A stretch of DNA of 64,000 bases, taken from an uncultured Erysipelotrichaceae bacterium. Lineage in GTDB: Bacteria; Bacillota_I; Bacilli_A; RFN20; CAG-826. Position 1 is the stretch's first letter, and each line of letters begins with the position of its first letter. The DNA lies in the NCBI GenBank assembly GCA_902777015.1, contig CACYSA010000006.1, positions 33,502 to 97,501 on the forward strand. The letters are read 5' to 3'. The position numbers were made by a program, and so were the translations under genes. Below are positions 40,107 through 48,736 of the stretch, piece after piece. Under the pieces are notes generated by a model. The model saw only the letters and a program-made list of their open reading frames with translations, ran no database searches and was not told where the DNA came from.

Positions 40107-40146
40107 TTTCGGTGGAACGTTGCCTAATTTCGGTGGAACGTTATAT
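40107..40146. repeat. Tandem direct repeat AATTTCGGTGGAACGTT x2 in a promoter region
   Basis: Two 17-bp copies spaced 22 bp apart, about 65 bp upstream of the 72-aa gene. Confidence 0.4.
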
Positions 40147-40278
40147 ATTTTTGTATCAAAATACTGTTACTTTCTACCCTATTTTTGAAATATATTGCCG
40201 GAAATAATCTCAAAAAGGTGCGATGTAATCAAAGAAAAAAGGCTAACACATTTCTGTATTAACCTTCATTTTTTAAGT

Positions 40279-40355
40279 TGGTGACGAATACGGGATTCGA
40301 ACCCGTGAGTGCATGCGTGAAAGGCATGTGAGTTAAGCCGCTTCTCCAATTCGCC
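40279..40355 (-). tRNA. tRNA-Glu (anticodon TTC)
   Basis: GGCGAAT acceptor, anticodon stem CATGC/GCATG, loop CTTTCAC, T-arm ACGGGTTCGAATCCCGT and CCA. Confidence 0.8.
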
Positions 40356-40358
40356 AAG

Positions 40359-40408
40359 TGGCGCCTACCGAGGGACTCGAACCCACGACCGATCGGTTAA
40401 CAGCCGAT
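40359..40408 (-). pseudogene. 5'-truncated tRNA-Asn (GTT) fragment, 3 nt upstream of tRNA-Glu
   Basis: Anticodon arm ATCGG-CTGTTAA-CCGAT, T-loop TTCGAGT and acceptor 3' strand plus CCA are present. No D-arm or 5' acceptor strand exists upstream. Confidence 0.5.
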
Positions 40409-40456
40409 GCGCGTTTAAAATATTATCATGTAGGGCAAGCAATGACAAGAAAATAA

Positions 40457-40678
40457 TTATTTTTTTGTTTCGATTAAATTGACAACATCACGAATCGTCT
40501 TTAATTCAACGATTTCATCAGTGGCAAATTCGACATTTAAAGCTTCCTCAATCTTTAGCATTGTTTCAACTAAATCAAGAGAATCTAAACCTAATTCATC
40601 TAATTTGTCATCGTAATTAATTGTGTCAATGTTAATACGGTCTTTGATTGCTTCTTTTACAATTTCTAATGCTTCCAT
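40457..40678 (-). CDS. Acyl carrier protein
   Basis: 73 aa, acidic, with the phosphopantetheine attachment motif LGLDSLDLVE. Confidence 0.7.
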   Translation of the reverse strand: MEALEIVKEAIKDRINIDTINYDDKLDELGLDSLDLVETMLKIEEALNVEFATDEIVELKTIRDVVNLIETKK

Positions 40679-40763
40679 ATCGCCACTATTTTACAATAAG
40701 TATCATTGACCTTCAATAACAAAAAAACGGCATTTTTCAGCCGTTATTTTTCACTTAGTAAAA

Positions 40764-40922
40764 CTAAATCATAGCTTTAACACTAGTGACAGCCGCTTTG
40801 GCGACTTCGCTTGAAACTGTATTTGTTAAGCTAGTAAAGACTGCTGATAATCCCGCTGCGACGATACCAAAAATCATAATTACTAAGATAATACCAAGCA
40901 ATTGTCCTTTAATCTCAGACAT
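40764..40922 (-). CDS. Pilin-like small hydrophobic protein (Flp/type IV-like?) at the end of the pilus operon; not in ORF track
   Basis: RBS AAAGGAGA then ATG. Reads MSEIKG/QLLGIILVIMIFGIVAAGLSAVF..., 52 aa, with a short polar leader ending in Gly. A rho-independent terminator follows directly (about 40707-40760). Confidence 0.4.
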   Translation of the reverse strand: MSEIKGQLLGIILVIMIFGIVAAGLSAVFTSLTNTVSSEVAKAAVTSVKAMI

Positions 40923-40937
40923 AAATACTTCTCCTTT

Positions 40938-41279
40938 CTATCCATAAAATCCTACGACTGTCATTCGCGAAATACTGATTATCATTTCCCCCTTGGAAAT
41001 AATCATTGGTTGATAAGTCGTAGAAATTGAATAAATTATTTCTTCACCAAAAGTTGGTGATAGATTTTCATCACAGTTAAATGTCACGTTATACATGGTT
41101 TCGATACGATTTTTAAAATTGTCATCAATAATTCCTGTTCGAGATATTAAATAGGAAATATTGCTCGATTTAGCGTCGAGGGAACTAAAGACACTTTGAA
41201 TGGAAATGAGATCCGCGCCGAAAAGGAAATACATCGCCACGAAAATCATTGATAACAAAAGACCGATTTTATATGACAT
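40938..41279 (-). CDS. TadE-like / pseudopilin-like protein
   Basis: N-terminal hydrophobic helix, small soluble domain. Lies within the pilus operon. Confidence 0.35.
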   Translation of the reverse strand: MSYKIGLLLSMIFVAMYFLFGADLISIQSVFSSLDAKSSNISYLISRTGIIDDNFKNRIETMYNVTFNCDENLSPTFGEEIIYSISTTYQPMIISKGEMIISISRMTVVGFYG

Positions 41280-41967
41280 TAATTAAATCCCCCAATAAAG
41301 AAAGAATGGAAATAGTTAATGTCACAGTTATTAAACCCGCTCCTGCGAGAGGGAAGGTTGACATATTGGCTAAAGATCTTTCTTTTTGTTCAATTAATTC
41401 CTTATTACGATTTTTAGCTAATTCGTCATAGATGACATTGAACTGTGTTAATTGTTCAAAGCTTTCACCCTGCTCCACCATTTGATAGATGGAGAGCATT
41501 AAACTATGACTAGCTAAATGCTTGAAATTATTAGCAAAATTAATAAATGGTTGAACAGTTTTATCTTTATCTATTTCTTTAAGAAATGTTTCGATTTTAT
41601 CTTTCATCCATGAAGAACAAAAAGGTATGAGTAGATTGAATGATTGATAAACATTATTTTTGTTTTGAAGATATATTTCAAAATAAGAGATGATAGCGAT
41701 AAGCTCATCTTCTCTCGCTTTAAGTATTAAATTCTTCTTATCTTTATAACGTGATAATAATAGATAATCGATTGCCATTAACGCTATAGCGGCGACAATG
41801 ACATAAATAAAATAATCAAAGACAAAATAAAGAATTGCTATACCGCCTAAAGAAGCGATATTTATGAGCACTATTTTTAATATTTCCTTTTTATAAGAAA
41901 GACCAACAAATTCGATGGTATCTTTAAAACTATTTTTCATCGTCTTTCCAACCCTCCAATGTGACAT
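41269..41967 (-). CDS. TadC-like pilus assembly membrane protein (T2SS F-type)
   Basis: About 232 aa, three TM helices. Paired with a similar upstream protein and directly downstream of a CpaF-type ATPase. Confidence 0.45.
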   Translation of the reverse strand: MSHWRVGKTMKNSFKDTIEFVGLSYKKEILKIVLINIASLGGIAILYFVFDYFIYVIVAAIALMAIDYLLLSRYKDKKNLILKAREDELIAIISYFEIYLQNKNNVYQSFNLLIPFCSSWMKDKIETFLKEIDKDKTVQPFINFANNFKHLASHSLMLSIYQMVEQGESFEQLTQFNVIYDELAKNRNKELIEQKERSLANMSTFPLAGAGLITVTLTISILSLLGDLINVI

Positions 41968-42637
41968 TAGAAATGCGCTTTACCAAAATGTAGATTGAAA
42001 GAAGCACAAATAAGAAGATGGCCACTACCGACACCTGGTAAAAAGGTGTTTGAATAACTTTGTTATAAAACTGTGATAAGGCAAATCTTAATGACGCCAA
42101 AATAATTAGCGTAATACTCCACAAGATGGTAAATTCAATCACTCTTGATTTATGCATTGATTCGCAAGATAAGAGATATTCTTCTTTTAAACGTAGTTTA
42201 TTAATCAGACGTTGACTCATATTTAAAATGTCACCGCCTTGTTCATTCCATAAAGTAACCATATCAACGAAAAGGTAATATAAATCAAATTTAAAATATT
42301 TACTTAAGTAAGATAGCTGTTCTTCTTCATCCATTTCTTTAATGGAATCCATCACTTCTTTTACTTTACTATCGCTGATGTTATAAGCGCTTTCTCTAGC
42401 GTACGCTAAAGAACCTTTAATACTTAAAGAAACTAGATAAGTATTTACAAAGCGATAACACTGATGGTAGCGGCGGGTTTTGTTTAGATATTTGTTTTTT
42501 TGCCTTCTAGCGATGAAAACGAAAAAACCTATGGACGTTAGGAAAATTACAAGACTACTAATAACATTTTCACTCGCAATATAATTCAAACCAGCGAAGG
42601 CGAGCGAAACAAAAAATCCAATTAACAAAAAATTCAT
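41930..42637 (-). CDS. TadB-like pilus assembly membrane protein
   Basis: About 235 aa, three TM helices. Start overlaps the ATPase stop. Confidence 0.45.
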   Translation of the reverse strand: MNFLLIGFFVSLAFAGLNYIASENVISSLVIFLTSIGFFVFIARRQKNKYLNKTRRYHQCYRFVNTYLVSLSIKGSLAYARESAYNISDSKVKEVMDSIKEMDEEEQLSYLSKYFKFDLYYLFVDMVTLWNEQGGDILNMSQRLINKLRLKEEYLLSCESMHKSRVIEFTILWSITLIILASLRFALSQFYNKVIQTPFYQVSVVAIFLFVLLSIYILVKRISNVTLEGWKDDEK

Positions 42638-43692
42638 TTATTTCCTCCTAGAAAAGTTCTTTTGAATAAGTTACTAGCGTGAGAAGTGTTTAACATTTTT
42701 AATGGCTCGGTTCCTAATAACTTAAATCTTTTGTTTTCCCCGTCACTACCATATATTTCTTCCATTGTCTTACCATTAAGGTAACCAACAGATGAAATGT
42801 ATCTTGATACCACACCATCTTCGCTATATTTACGTGTTAAATAAATATAGAAACGAAGATGATATGAAACATCTTGATAGACATCTTGATAATCCATTTT
42901 TTGTTCGTTCATCATCACCATTCTCACCATGCGATAAGGCATACTTTCGATGTCAAAAGCATGTAATGTCGTAATGATTGGATGACCAGTTAATGAAGAA
43001 TTAAGAACATCAATAGCTTCTTTACCACGACTTTCAGCAACTATAAGCCAATCTGGATTACTTCTTAAAGCGGTTTTCACTAACCGCTCAGTCGAAGCAT
43101 TTTCTCTATTTTCATCGACTTGCCAAATATTTAAATCAAGATGATTTTCAACTTGCAATTGATCTAGTTCTAATACGTTATCGATAACTATCGCTCTTGT
43201 GTTTTCTTTCATTCTTGTAATGAGATATTTTTGTAATTCGGTTTTGCCACTTCCCGTTAATCCTCCAAGCACGATTGAAACATTAGAGTCAATTAGTACA
43301 TCTAACAAATCACTTAAGGCTGGAGGAAAATATCTTTCGTCTTCTTGGATGCGTAAACGCGTTGACGCAATACGTAATGAAAAGCATATACATTCATTGT
43401 TTTTCTTACGGCAAACACTTTGATGCAACGCTGTTAGACGATATTTACCAAATGAGACATCTAATTCTGGATTTTGATAAGAGAATTGCTTTTCAGATAA
43501 ATTAGCAATTTGACGAATGAAATCTCTTACCAAAAGTGGTTCCACTTCAACGTTTCTTTTTAAACGACCAAATTTATTATCAATATAAAAGATATATTCC
43601 CCGTTATAAGAAATATCGGTGATAGTATCCTCTTTTAATAAGTCGCTTAAAAAGGATGTTTCTAAATAACCTACTAACTTCTTAACGTCCAT
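42634..43692 (-). CDS. Tad/CpaF-type (VirB11 superfamily) secretion ATPase
   Basis: Walker A GGLTGSGKT. Downstream block DWLIVAESRGKEAIDVLNSSLTGHPIITTLHA matches the CpaF/TadA E.RG.EA...TGH...TT.HA signature. Confidence 0.7.
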   Translation of the reverse strand: MDVKKLVGYLETSFLSDLLKEDTITDISYNGEYIFYIDNKFGRLKRNVEVEPLLVRDFIRQIANLSEKQFSYQNPELDVSFGKYRLTALHQSVCRKKNNECICFSLRIASTRLRIQEDERYFPPALSDLLDVLIDSNVSIVLGGLTGSGKTELQKYLITRMKENTRAIVIDNVLELDQLQVENHLDLNIWQVDENRENASTERLVKTALRSNPDWLIVAESRGKEAIDVLNSSLTGHPIITTLHAFDIESMPYRMVRMVMMNEQKMDYQDVYQDVSYHLRFYIYLTRKYSEDGVVSRYISSVGYLNGKTMEEIYGSDGENKRFKLLGTEPLKMLNTSHASNLFKRTFLGGNK

Positions 43693-44078
43693 TAGTTACT
43701 CCTTATCTGATAGTACATCGTCTTTTCATAGTGATAATTAAGAATCAAAGAAGCTTCCACTTTTACTTCAACCGCATGACAAGTATCGCTAAGACAGATG
43801 GAATGATTAAAAGGATTGTAATAATAAAAGTCTAACGAATAGTCTTTTGTATATTTTTTCATCGAGAAATCGAAATATGATTGGATACGATTCTCTAAGG
43901 CTTGTTTATCAAAAGAAGGCCCCACGTTCTCGTTTATGTTCAGCATATTGATCGAAGTTTCATATAAAGAAATAGGCATCGATAAAACTAGATTATTAAC
44001 TCCATTTATTTGATAAGACATCATAAAGAAATTGAAAGAGATGACTGCGATAAAAAGAGCAATGAATATGATCACCAT
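43692..44078 (-). CDS. Membrane-anchored pseudopilin-like protein
   Basis: N-terminal TM helix (MVIIFIALFIAVISF) with a small extracellular domain. Translationally coupled. Confidence 0.3.
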   Translation of the reverse strand: MVIIFIALFIAVISFNFFMMSYQINGVNNLVLSMPISLYETSINMLNINENVGPSFDKQALENRIQSYFDFSMKKYTKDYSLDFYYYNPFNHSICLSDTCHAVEVKVEASLILNYHYEKTMYYQIRSN

Positions 44079-45178
44079 TATTTAATTCCTCCTTCGATGT
44101 AATAATCACTATCACCACATAAGCCCACTAAAGAGCGGTCAGCAACATACCTAATCGGAAAAGAAGCATTTAACTTACTTTTACCTAATCCAACTACATC
44201 TAAATATAGAAGTTTATTATTGAAGATTCTTTTACCATTTACTGGCAAATAAAAATATGTTGAAGGCGCATAACCAGGGTGAGAAACATTAGATAACTGT
44301 AATGTCCTTTTATTAACGTAAAATGAGTTTTTATATTTAAGAGTTAGGATGTCATTAATCTTTGTAGTGCCTAGAGGAATATTGATATTTACCCCATCAT
44401 GATTTAAATAGGGAAATAGATTTTCACGGTCTTCAAAACGCAGAGATATGGAATCGTAACTAAAATCAAATAGCGAACTATATTTAAAATTAATATTCGT
44501 AAGGTTGAGACGATAATAATAATCGATATCTAAATAATCTGTTAATGAAGTAAAATCATATTTTTCTTTAATACCTTTAATGGCTTTCCCATCAGCGTAA
44601 AAGCCGATATCTCTAGTTTCGTAAACGCTACTTTTTAATTCTTGCGTTGTCGGTTTGTCACTAGATATTGGATAAAAAGTCGTACCATAATTCGCCACTA
44701 TGAGATGTTTAGTTTTATCAACAACTTCAAATTTAAAAGTCATGCCGTTATTAGTAAGACATTCTTTTATTGGCATAGTGAATGTCGCCATTTCTAAACT
44801 ATCTTCGATATAATCTTTAGTCTCATTAACATAAGCGTATATAACGCTTCCTGTAGGGCCTATTATTCTTAATCTTTCATTTACTAGACGGCTAGGACCA
44901 AAAATACGATAAGTAAAATTTACTTCAAAATTAGGATCTCCCACTTTAAAAGGTCCATACAATGGGCATTCGATATAATCACTATTATCATCAGGATTAG
45001 AACTACTAGATGTTCTTGAATACTTAAATGAACCCGCGGATATATTTGGTGGAGGAGCAAAATTAGAAGAACGAGTAATTATAGAAAAGTCTATCTTGCC
45101 CGCAGCGGTTACCTCGCTAGTAATCCCGCTTGTGGACGAAACAATTATTGCGCTTGATAAAAGCAATATTTTAAGCAT
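44078..45178 (-). CDS. Secreted protein of the pilus operon (possible tip or adhesin component)
   Basis: Signal peptide, 366 aa, Tyr/Asn-rich. Confidence 0.35.
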   Translation of the reverse strand: MLKILLLSSAIIVSSTSGITSEVTAAGKIDFSIITRSSNFAPPPNISAGSFKYSRTSSSSNPDDNSDYIECPLYGPFKVGDPNFEVNFTYRIFGPSRLVNERLRIIGPTGSVIYAYVNETKDYIEDSLEMATFTMPIKECLTNNGMTFKFEVVDKTKHLIVANYGTTFYPISSDKPTTQELKSSVYETRDIGFYADGKAIKGIKEKYDFTSLTDYLDIDYYYRLNLTNINFKYSSLFDFSYDSISLRFEDRENLFPYLNHDGVNINIPLGTTKINDILTLKYKNSFYVNKRTLQLSNVSHPGYAPSTYFYLPVNGKRIFNNKLLYLDVVGLGKSKLNASFPIRYVADRSLVGLCGDSDYYIEGGIK

Positions 45179-45494
45179 GATAAATACCCTCCAAGAACTT
45201 CAGCATCGTTAGTTTCTTTAAACGATAAAAATTAGCTTTGGAGTACAAACCAACCCACCAGTATTGATAGTTTTGATAGAAGAATTCGTTATTGATTAAG
45301 TTTTGCTGTTTTTCATTTAATAAAGAGTAAGCTTTTTCCACTTTTATTAAATAAGCTTGGTATGGTAAATCATATTTCTTGATAATATCGTTACTATTTA
45401 AAACTAGTAAAGCTTTCCTGGCAAAGAAAAACTTATCGGCAACTTCTTCAGTCATTTTGCTTAATTCTTTGAAGCTTTTTTCGATCAATACCAT
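45171..45494 (-). CDS. Small cytoplasmic protein, first gene of the pilus operon
   Basis: 107 aa, no TM. Overlaps the next gene. Confidence 0.3.
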   Translation of the reverse strand: MVLIEKSFKELSKMTEEVADKFFFARKALLVLNSNDIIKKYDLPYQAYLIKVEKAYSLLNEKQQNLINNEFFYQNYQYWWVGLYSKANFYRLKKLTMLKFLEGIYHA

Positions 45495-45671
45495 GTTTTT
45501 GCCTCCTATATGTTTAGTAGGTTGGTTTTTTGCTTTTTGTCCGAAATTTTTTAAATATTTTTTCTAAGCCTTCCTATTAATTCTTTGAATTAACTTTTTT
45601 TGAAAAAATTACAAATAAAAAAAGAAATGCGCTTTTTTTGAAAAGTGATATATTATTTGTAATAAGTTTTT

Positions 45672-46217
45672 ATGATAGTACTAAGTGGAGCAAGCGCGTC
45701 AGGAAAAACAGAAGCAGCAAAAATGCTGATGGTCAAATACGGCATTCAAAAGGCCATTACGACCACCACTCGTTCAATGCGCATTCACGAAGTTAATGGT
45801 AAAGACTATTTTTTTGTTTCTGTTGAAAAATTCCAACAATTAATTAAAGAAGATAAATTCGTTGAACATACATACTATAACGGTAACTATTATGGTTCCA
45901 CTAAAGATCAAATTGCGGATGACCGTGTTGTGGTTATTGATTTAGAAGGTTTAAAGTCATATTCTCGTCTTAACGATAAAAGAATTGTGACTTTTTATTT
46001 ATCAACATCTGAGGATACAAGATTTAAACGTATGCTTGAAAGAGGCGATAAAAAAGAAGACGCCATTAAGCGTATAGAAAATGACCGTAAAGTATTTGAC
46101 GACGGACAAATTCCAACCGTCAATTATCAAATCGATTCTGAACAAAGATCAATTGAAGAAGTCGCTGATTTGATTTACGAATTATATCAAAAGCACATTA
46201 AAGCTAATTGCCGTTAG
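45672..46217 (+). CDS. Guanylate kinase-family protein
   Basis: P-loop LSGASASGKT and TTTTRSMRIHEVNGKDYFFVS...NYYGS, which matches the Gmk core. Confidence 0.55.
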   Translation: MIVLSGASASGKTEAAKMLMVKYGIQKAITTTTRSMRIHEVNGKDYFFVSVEKFQQLIKEDKFVEHTYYNGNYYGSTKDQIADDRVVVIDLEGLKSYSRLNDKRIVTFYLSTSEDTRFKRMLERGDKKEDAIKRIENDRKVFDDGQIPTVNYQIDSEQRSIEEVADLIYELYQKHIKANCR

Positions 46218-47454
46218 TGTATTTATATAAATAAGCAGGATTTAAGAAGACGTCGCATAAATAGCCGTCTTCTTTTTCTATCTTCTTAATCACGTAGTTT
46301 TCTTTGCTAAATGTCACGAAATCAATTGAATAAGGAAGTAGTATTTCTTTTCTAATCCAATTTTTAGAAAAATGAGAAACAATAAACTTTAAAGCATCTA
46401 AAACATCTTCTTCATCAAGAAGAGACACTAGTAGTTCGTTTTCTTTGGGGATAAAGTTAGCGAAGCCGCCTAATAAATCATATTTGTTATAAATATTTAT
46501 CATTGGAATGTTATCCGCTTCTAAATCTTTAATAATGCCTTTAGTGGTTTCAATTTCTTCTTCTTTAAAAGGATCAGATAAATCCACAACTTGGACTAAT
46601 AAATCAGCTTCTTTAATCTCTTCTAATGTAGAACGGAAAGCATCCACTAAATAAACTGGAAGATGGGAAATAAAACCAACAGTATCTGTTAAAAAGAATG
46701 ATGGATAACCAAAAACAGAAATGTTTCTAGTGGAAGTTTCTAAAGTGGCAAATAAAGCATTCTTTTCTAAAACTGTTTTATCTTCTTTTGATAGTTTAAC
46801 TAAGCGATTCATCAATGTTGATTTACCAGCGTTTGTGTAACCTACGATACACACTTTAGGTGTCGGACTATTAATCCTTTTATTACGCATATTACGGCGT
46901 GAAAGTTTAATAGCCTCTAATTCTTTTTTCTTTTGTAAAACGGCTTTAGAAATCTGTCTTTTTGATAATTCAATTTGTTTTTCGCCTTTACCTTTATTAT
47001 GGCCACTTCCTGATGTCACTTGTGAATAAGATGCTTTTTCATCAACGAGGTGATTCTTAAGGTATTCTAATCTTGCGATTTCCACTTGTAATTTAGCTTC
47101 TTTAGTTTTCGCATTCTTTTCAAAAATGTTTAAGATAACGAATGTCCTATCAATTATTTCCGCTTTTGTGATTGCAGAAATGGCTTTCTTTTGTAAACCT
47201 GTTAATTCAAAATTACAGGCAATAATATCAATTGGTGAATCTTGGTTCTCTTCATTATATTGATGATAAAATGAAGCGATTTCAACAATCTTACCAGAGC
47301 CTAGATATGTATTCTTATCAATGTTTTCTATATCTTGAGAAAAATAAGCCGCTACTTCATAACCGATTTCTTTTAGTAACAAAGAAAACTCACTTTGATC
47401 GTGATTTAATTCGATGGAATTTGTCTTACCACGTGATAACACTAAAGCTTTCAT
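46204..47454 (-). CDS. hflX: GTPase HflX
   Basis: HflX N-terminal domain plus G1 motif GYTNAGKST and G3 DTVGF. Confidence 0.8.
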   Translation of the reverse strand: MKALVLSRGKTNSIELNHDQSEFSLLLKEIGYEVAAYFSQDIENIDKNTYLGSGKIVEIASFYHQYNEENQDSPIDIIACNFELTGLQKKAISAITKAEIIDRTFVILNIFEKNAKTKEAKLQVEIARLEYLKNHLVDEKASYSQVTSGSGHNKGKGEKQIELSKRQISKAVLQKKKELEAIKLSRRNMRNKRINSPTPKVCIVGYTNAGKSTLMNRLVKLSKEDKTVLEKNALFATLETSTRNISVFGYPSFFLTDTVGFISHLPVYLVDAFRSTLEEIKEADLLVQVVDLSDPFKEEEIETTKGIIKDLEADNIPMINIYNKYDLLGGFANFIPKENELLVSLLDEEDVLDALKFIVSHFSKNWIRKEILLPYSIDFVTFSKENYVIKKIEKEDGYLCDVFLNPAYLYKYTNGN

Positions 47455-47466
47455 AAAATTACACTA

Positions 47467-48735
47467 CTAATCTTTTTCAAATTCAGTGTCCACTACTTTG
47501 AGTTTTTCCACTGTAAATTCATCAGCTTCTAAAACTTTAAAATGATAATGAGCGAAATCAAATTCATCGCCAACTTTAGCGAATCTATCTAAAATATCCT
47601 GACAAAAACCACCCACGGTTGTGTAATCAGTTTCCACTTCTTCTTCATAACCAATGAGTTCAAAGAAGTCATCGATATTCATTGAACCATCAACAATATA
47701 AGTACCATTACCTTTTTCAACATATTCTTCTTCGATTTCATCAAATTCATCAAAGATATCGCCAACGATTTCTTCTAAGATATCTTCCATAGTGATAATA
47801 CCTTCAGTACCACCATATTCATCAATGACTACTGCAACGTGAACTTTCTTTTCTTTAAATTCCTTTAGAACATCTAAGATTTGATGGTTTCTAGGAACGA
47901 TTAAAGGTTTATAACAAAGTGATTTGATATCGATATTCTTATCGCCCGCTAAAATCTTTTTAGCTAAAGCTTTAATTGGTAAAATACCAATTATATTATC
48001 AATTGTTTCATCATAGACAGGGACACGTGAATGTTTAAAGAATTCTTTGTCTTTAATTAATTCATCGATATCTTCATCTTTACTAATAGCGTAGACATCC
48101 ACTCTTGGGGTCATAATTTCAAATGCTTCGATATCGTTTAAATCAATCGCACTTCTTAATAATTCCGCTTCGTTTTCTTCTAAGATGCCTTCTTCTTCAA
48201 GAGAATCTGCCATTTCAGTTAAAACGTCTTCATCAATTTGATCTTCTTCTTTACTCTTTTTAGCGAATAATTTACCAAATAATTTAAATAATTTAGCGAT
48301 TGGCCAAACAATTATAAAGAAGAGATATTTAAAGAATGTTACTGGATAAGCAAATAACAACGCTAAAGAGTAATTAAATCTCTTCGCGAATGCTTTAGGA
48401 ATAAACTCGCAGAAGATAATAATAAATATAGTTAAGATAATTGTTGAAATAGTTTCAGCAAGTTCAATATTTTCGCCATAAGATAAAGCAATAGCAATAA
48501 GAGTAACAATAGAAGCGGCAGCAACGTTAACAATATTATTACCTAATAAAATAGCGGAGATTGATAATTCATAGTCATCAGCAATTCTTAAAGCCGCTTT
48601 AGCGCGTTTCTCTTTTTTGCCTTTTTCTCTTTGTAAACGATCTTTATCAACCATGCCATATACCATGTCTGCAGCGGAAAAGAACATTGATAACAATGCA
48701 CAGATGACAACGATTAGCCAATAATACCACGCCAT
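47467..48735 (-). CDS. CNNM/CorC-family transporter (DUF21, CBS pair, CorC)
   Basis: N-terminal four-TM DUF21, tandem CBS domains and C-terminal CorC/HlyC domain. Confidence 0.7.
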   Translation of the reverse strand: MAWYYWLIVVICALLSMFFSAADMVYGMVDKDRLQREKGKKEKRAKAALRIADDYELSISAILLGNNIVNVAAASIVTLIAIALSYGENIELAETISTIILTIFIIIFCEFIPKAFAKRFNYSLALLFAYPVTFFKYLFFIIVWPIAKLFKLFGKLFAKKSKEEDQIDEDVLTEMADSLEEEGILEENEAELLRSAIDLNDIEAFEIMTPRVDVYAISKDEDIDELIKDKEFFKHSRVPVYDETIDNIIGILPIKALAKKILAGDKNIDIKSLCYKPLIVPRNHQILDVLKEFKEKKVHVAVVIDEYGGTEGIITMEDILEEIVGDIFDEFDEIEEEYVEKGNGTYIVDGSMNIDDFFELIGYEEEVETDYTTVGGFCQDILDRFAKVGDEFDFAHYHFKVLEADEFTVEKLKVVDTEFEKD

Positions 48736-48736
48736 G

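Noticed and set aside
40359-40408. Intact tRNA-Asn
   Set aside because: No D-arm or 5' acceptor strand can be formed from the upstream sequence. Only the 3' roughly 50 nt are tRNA-like.
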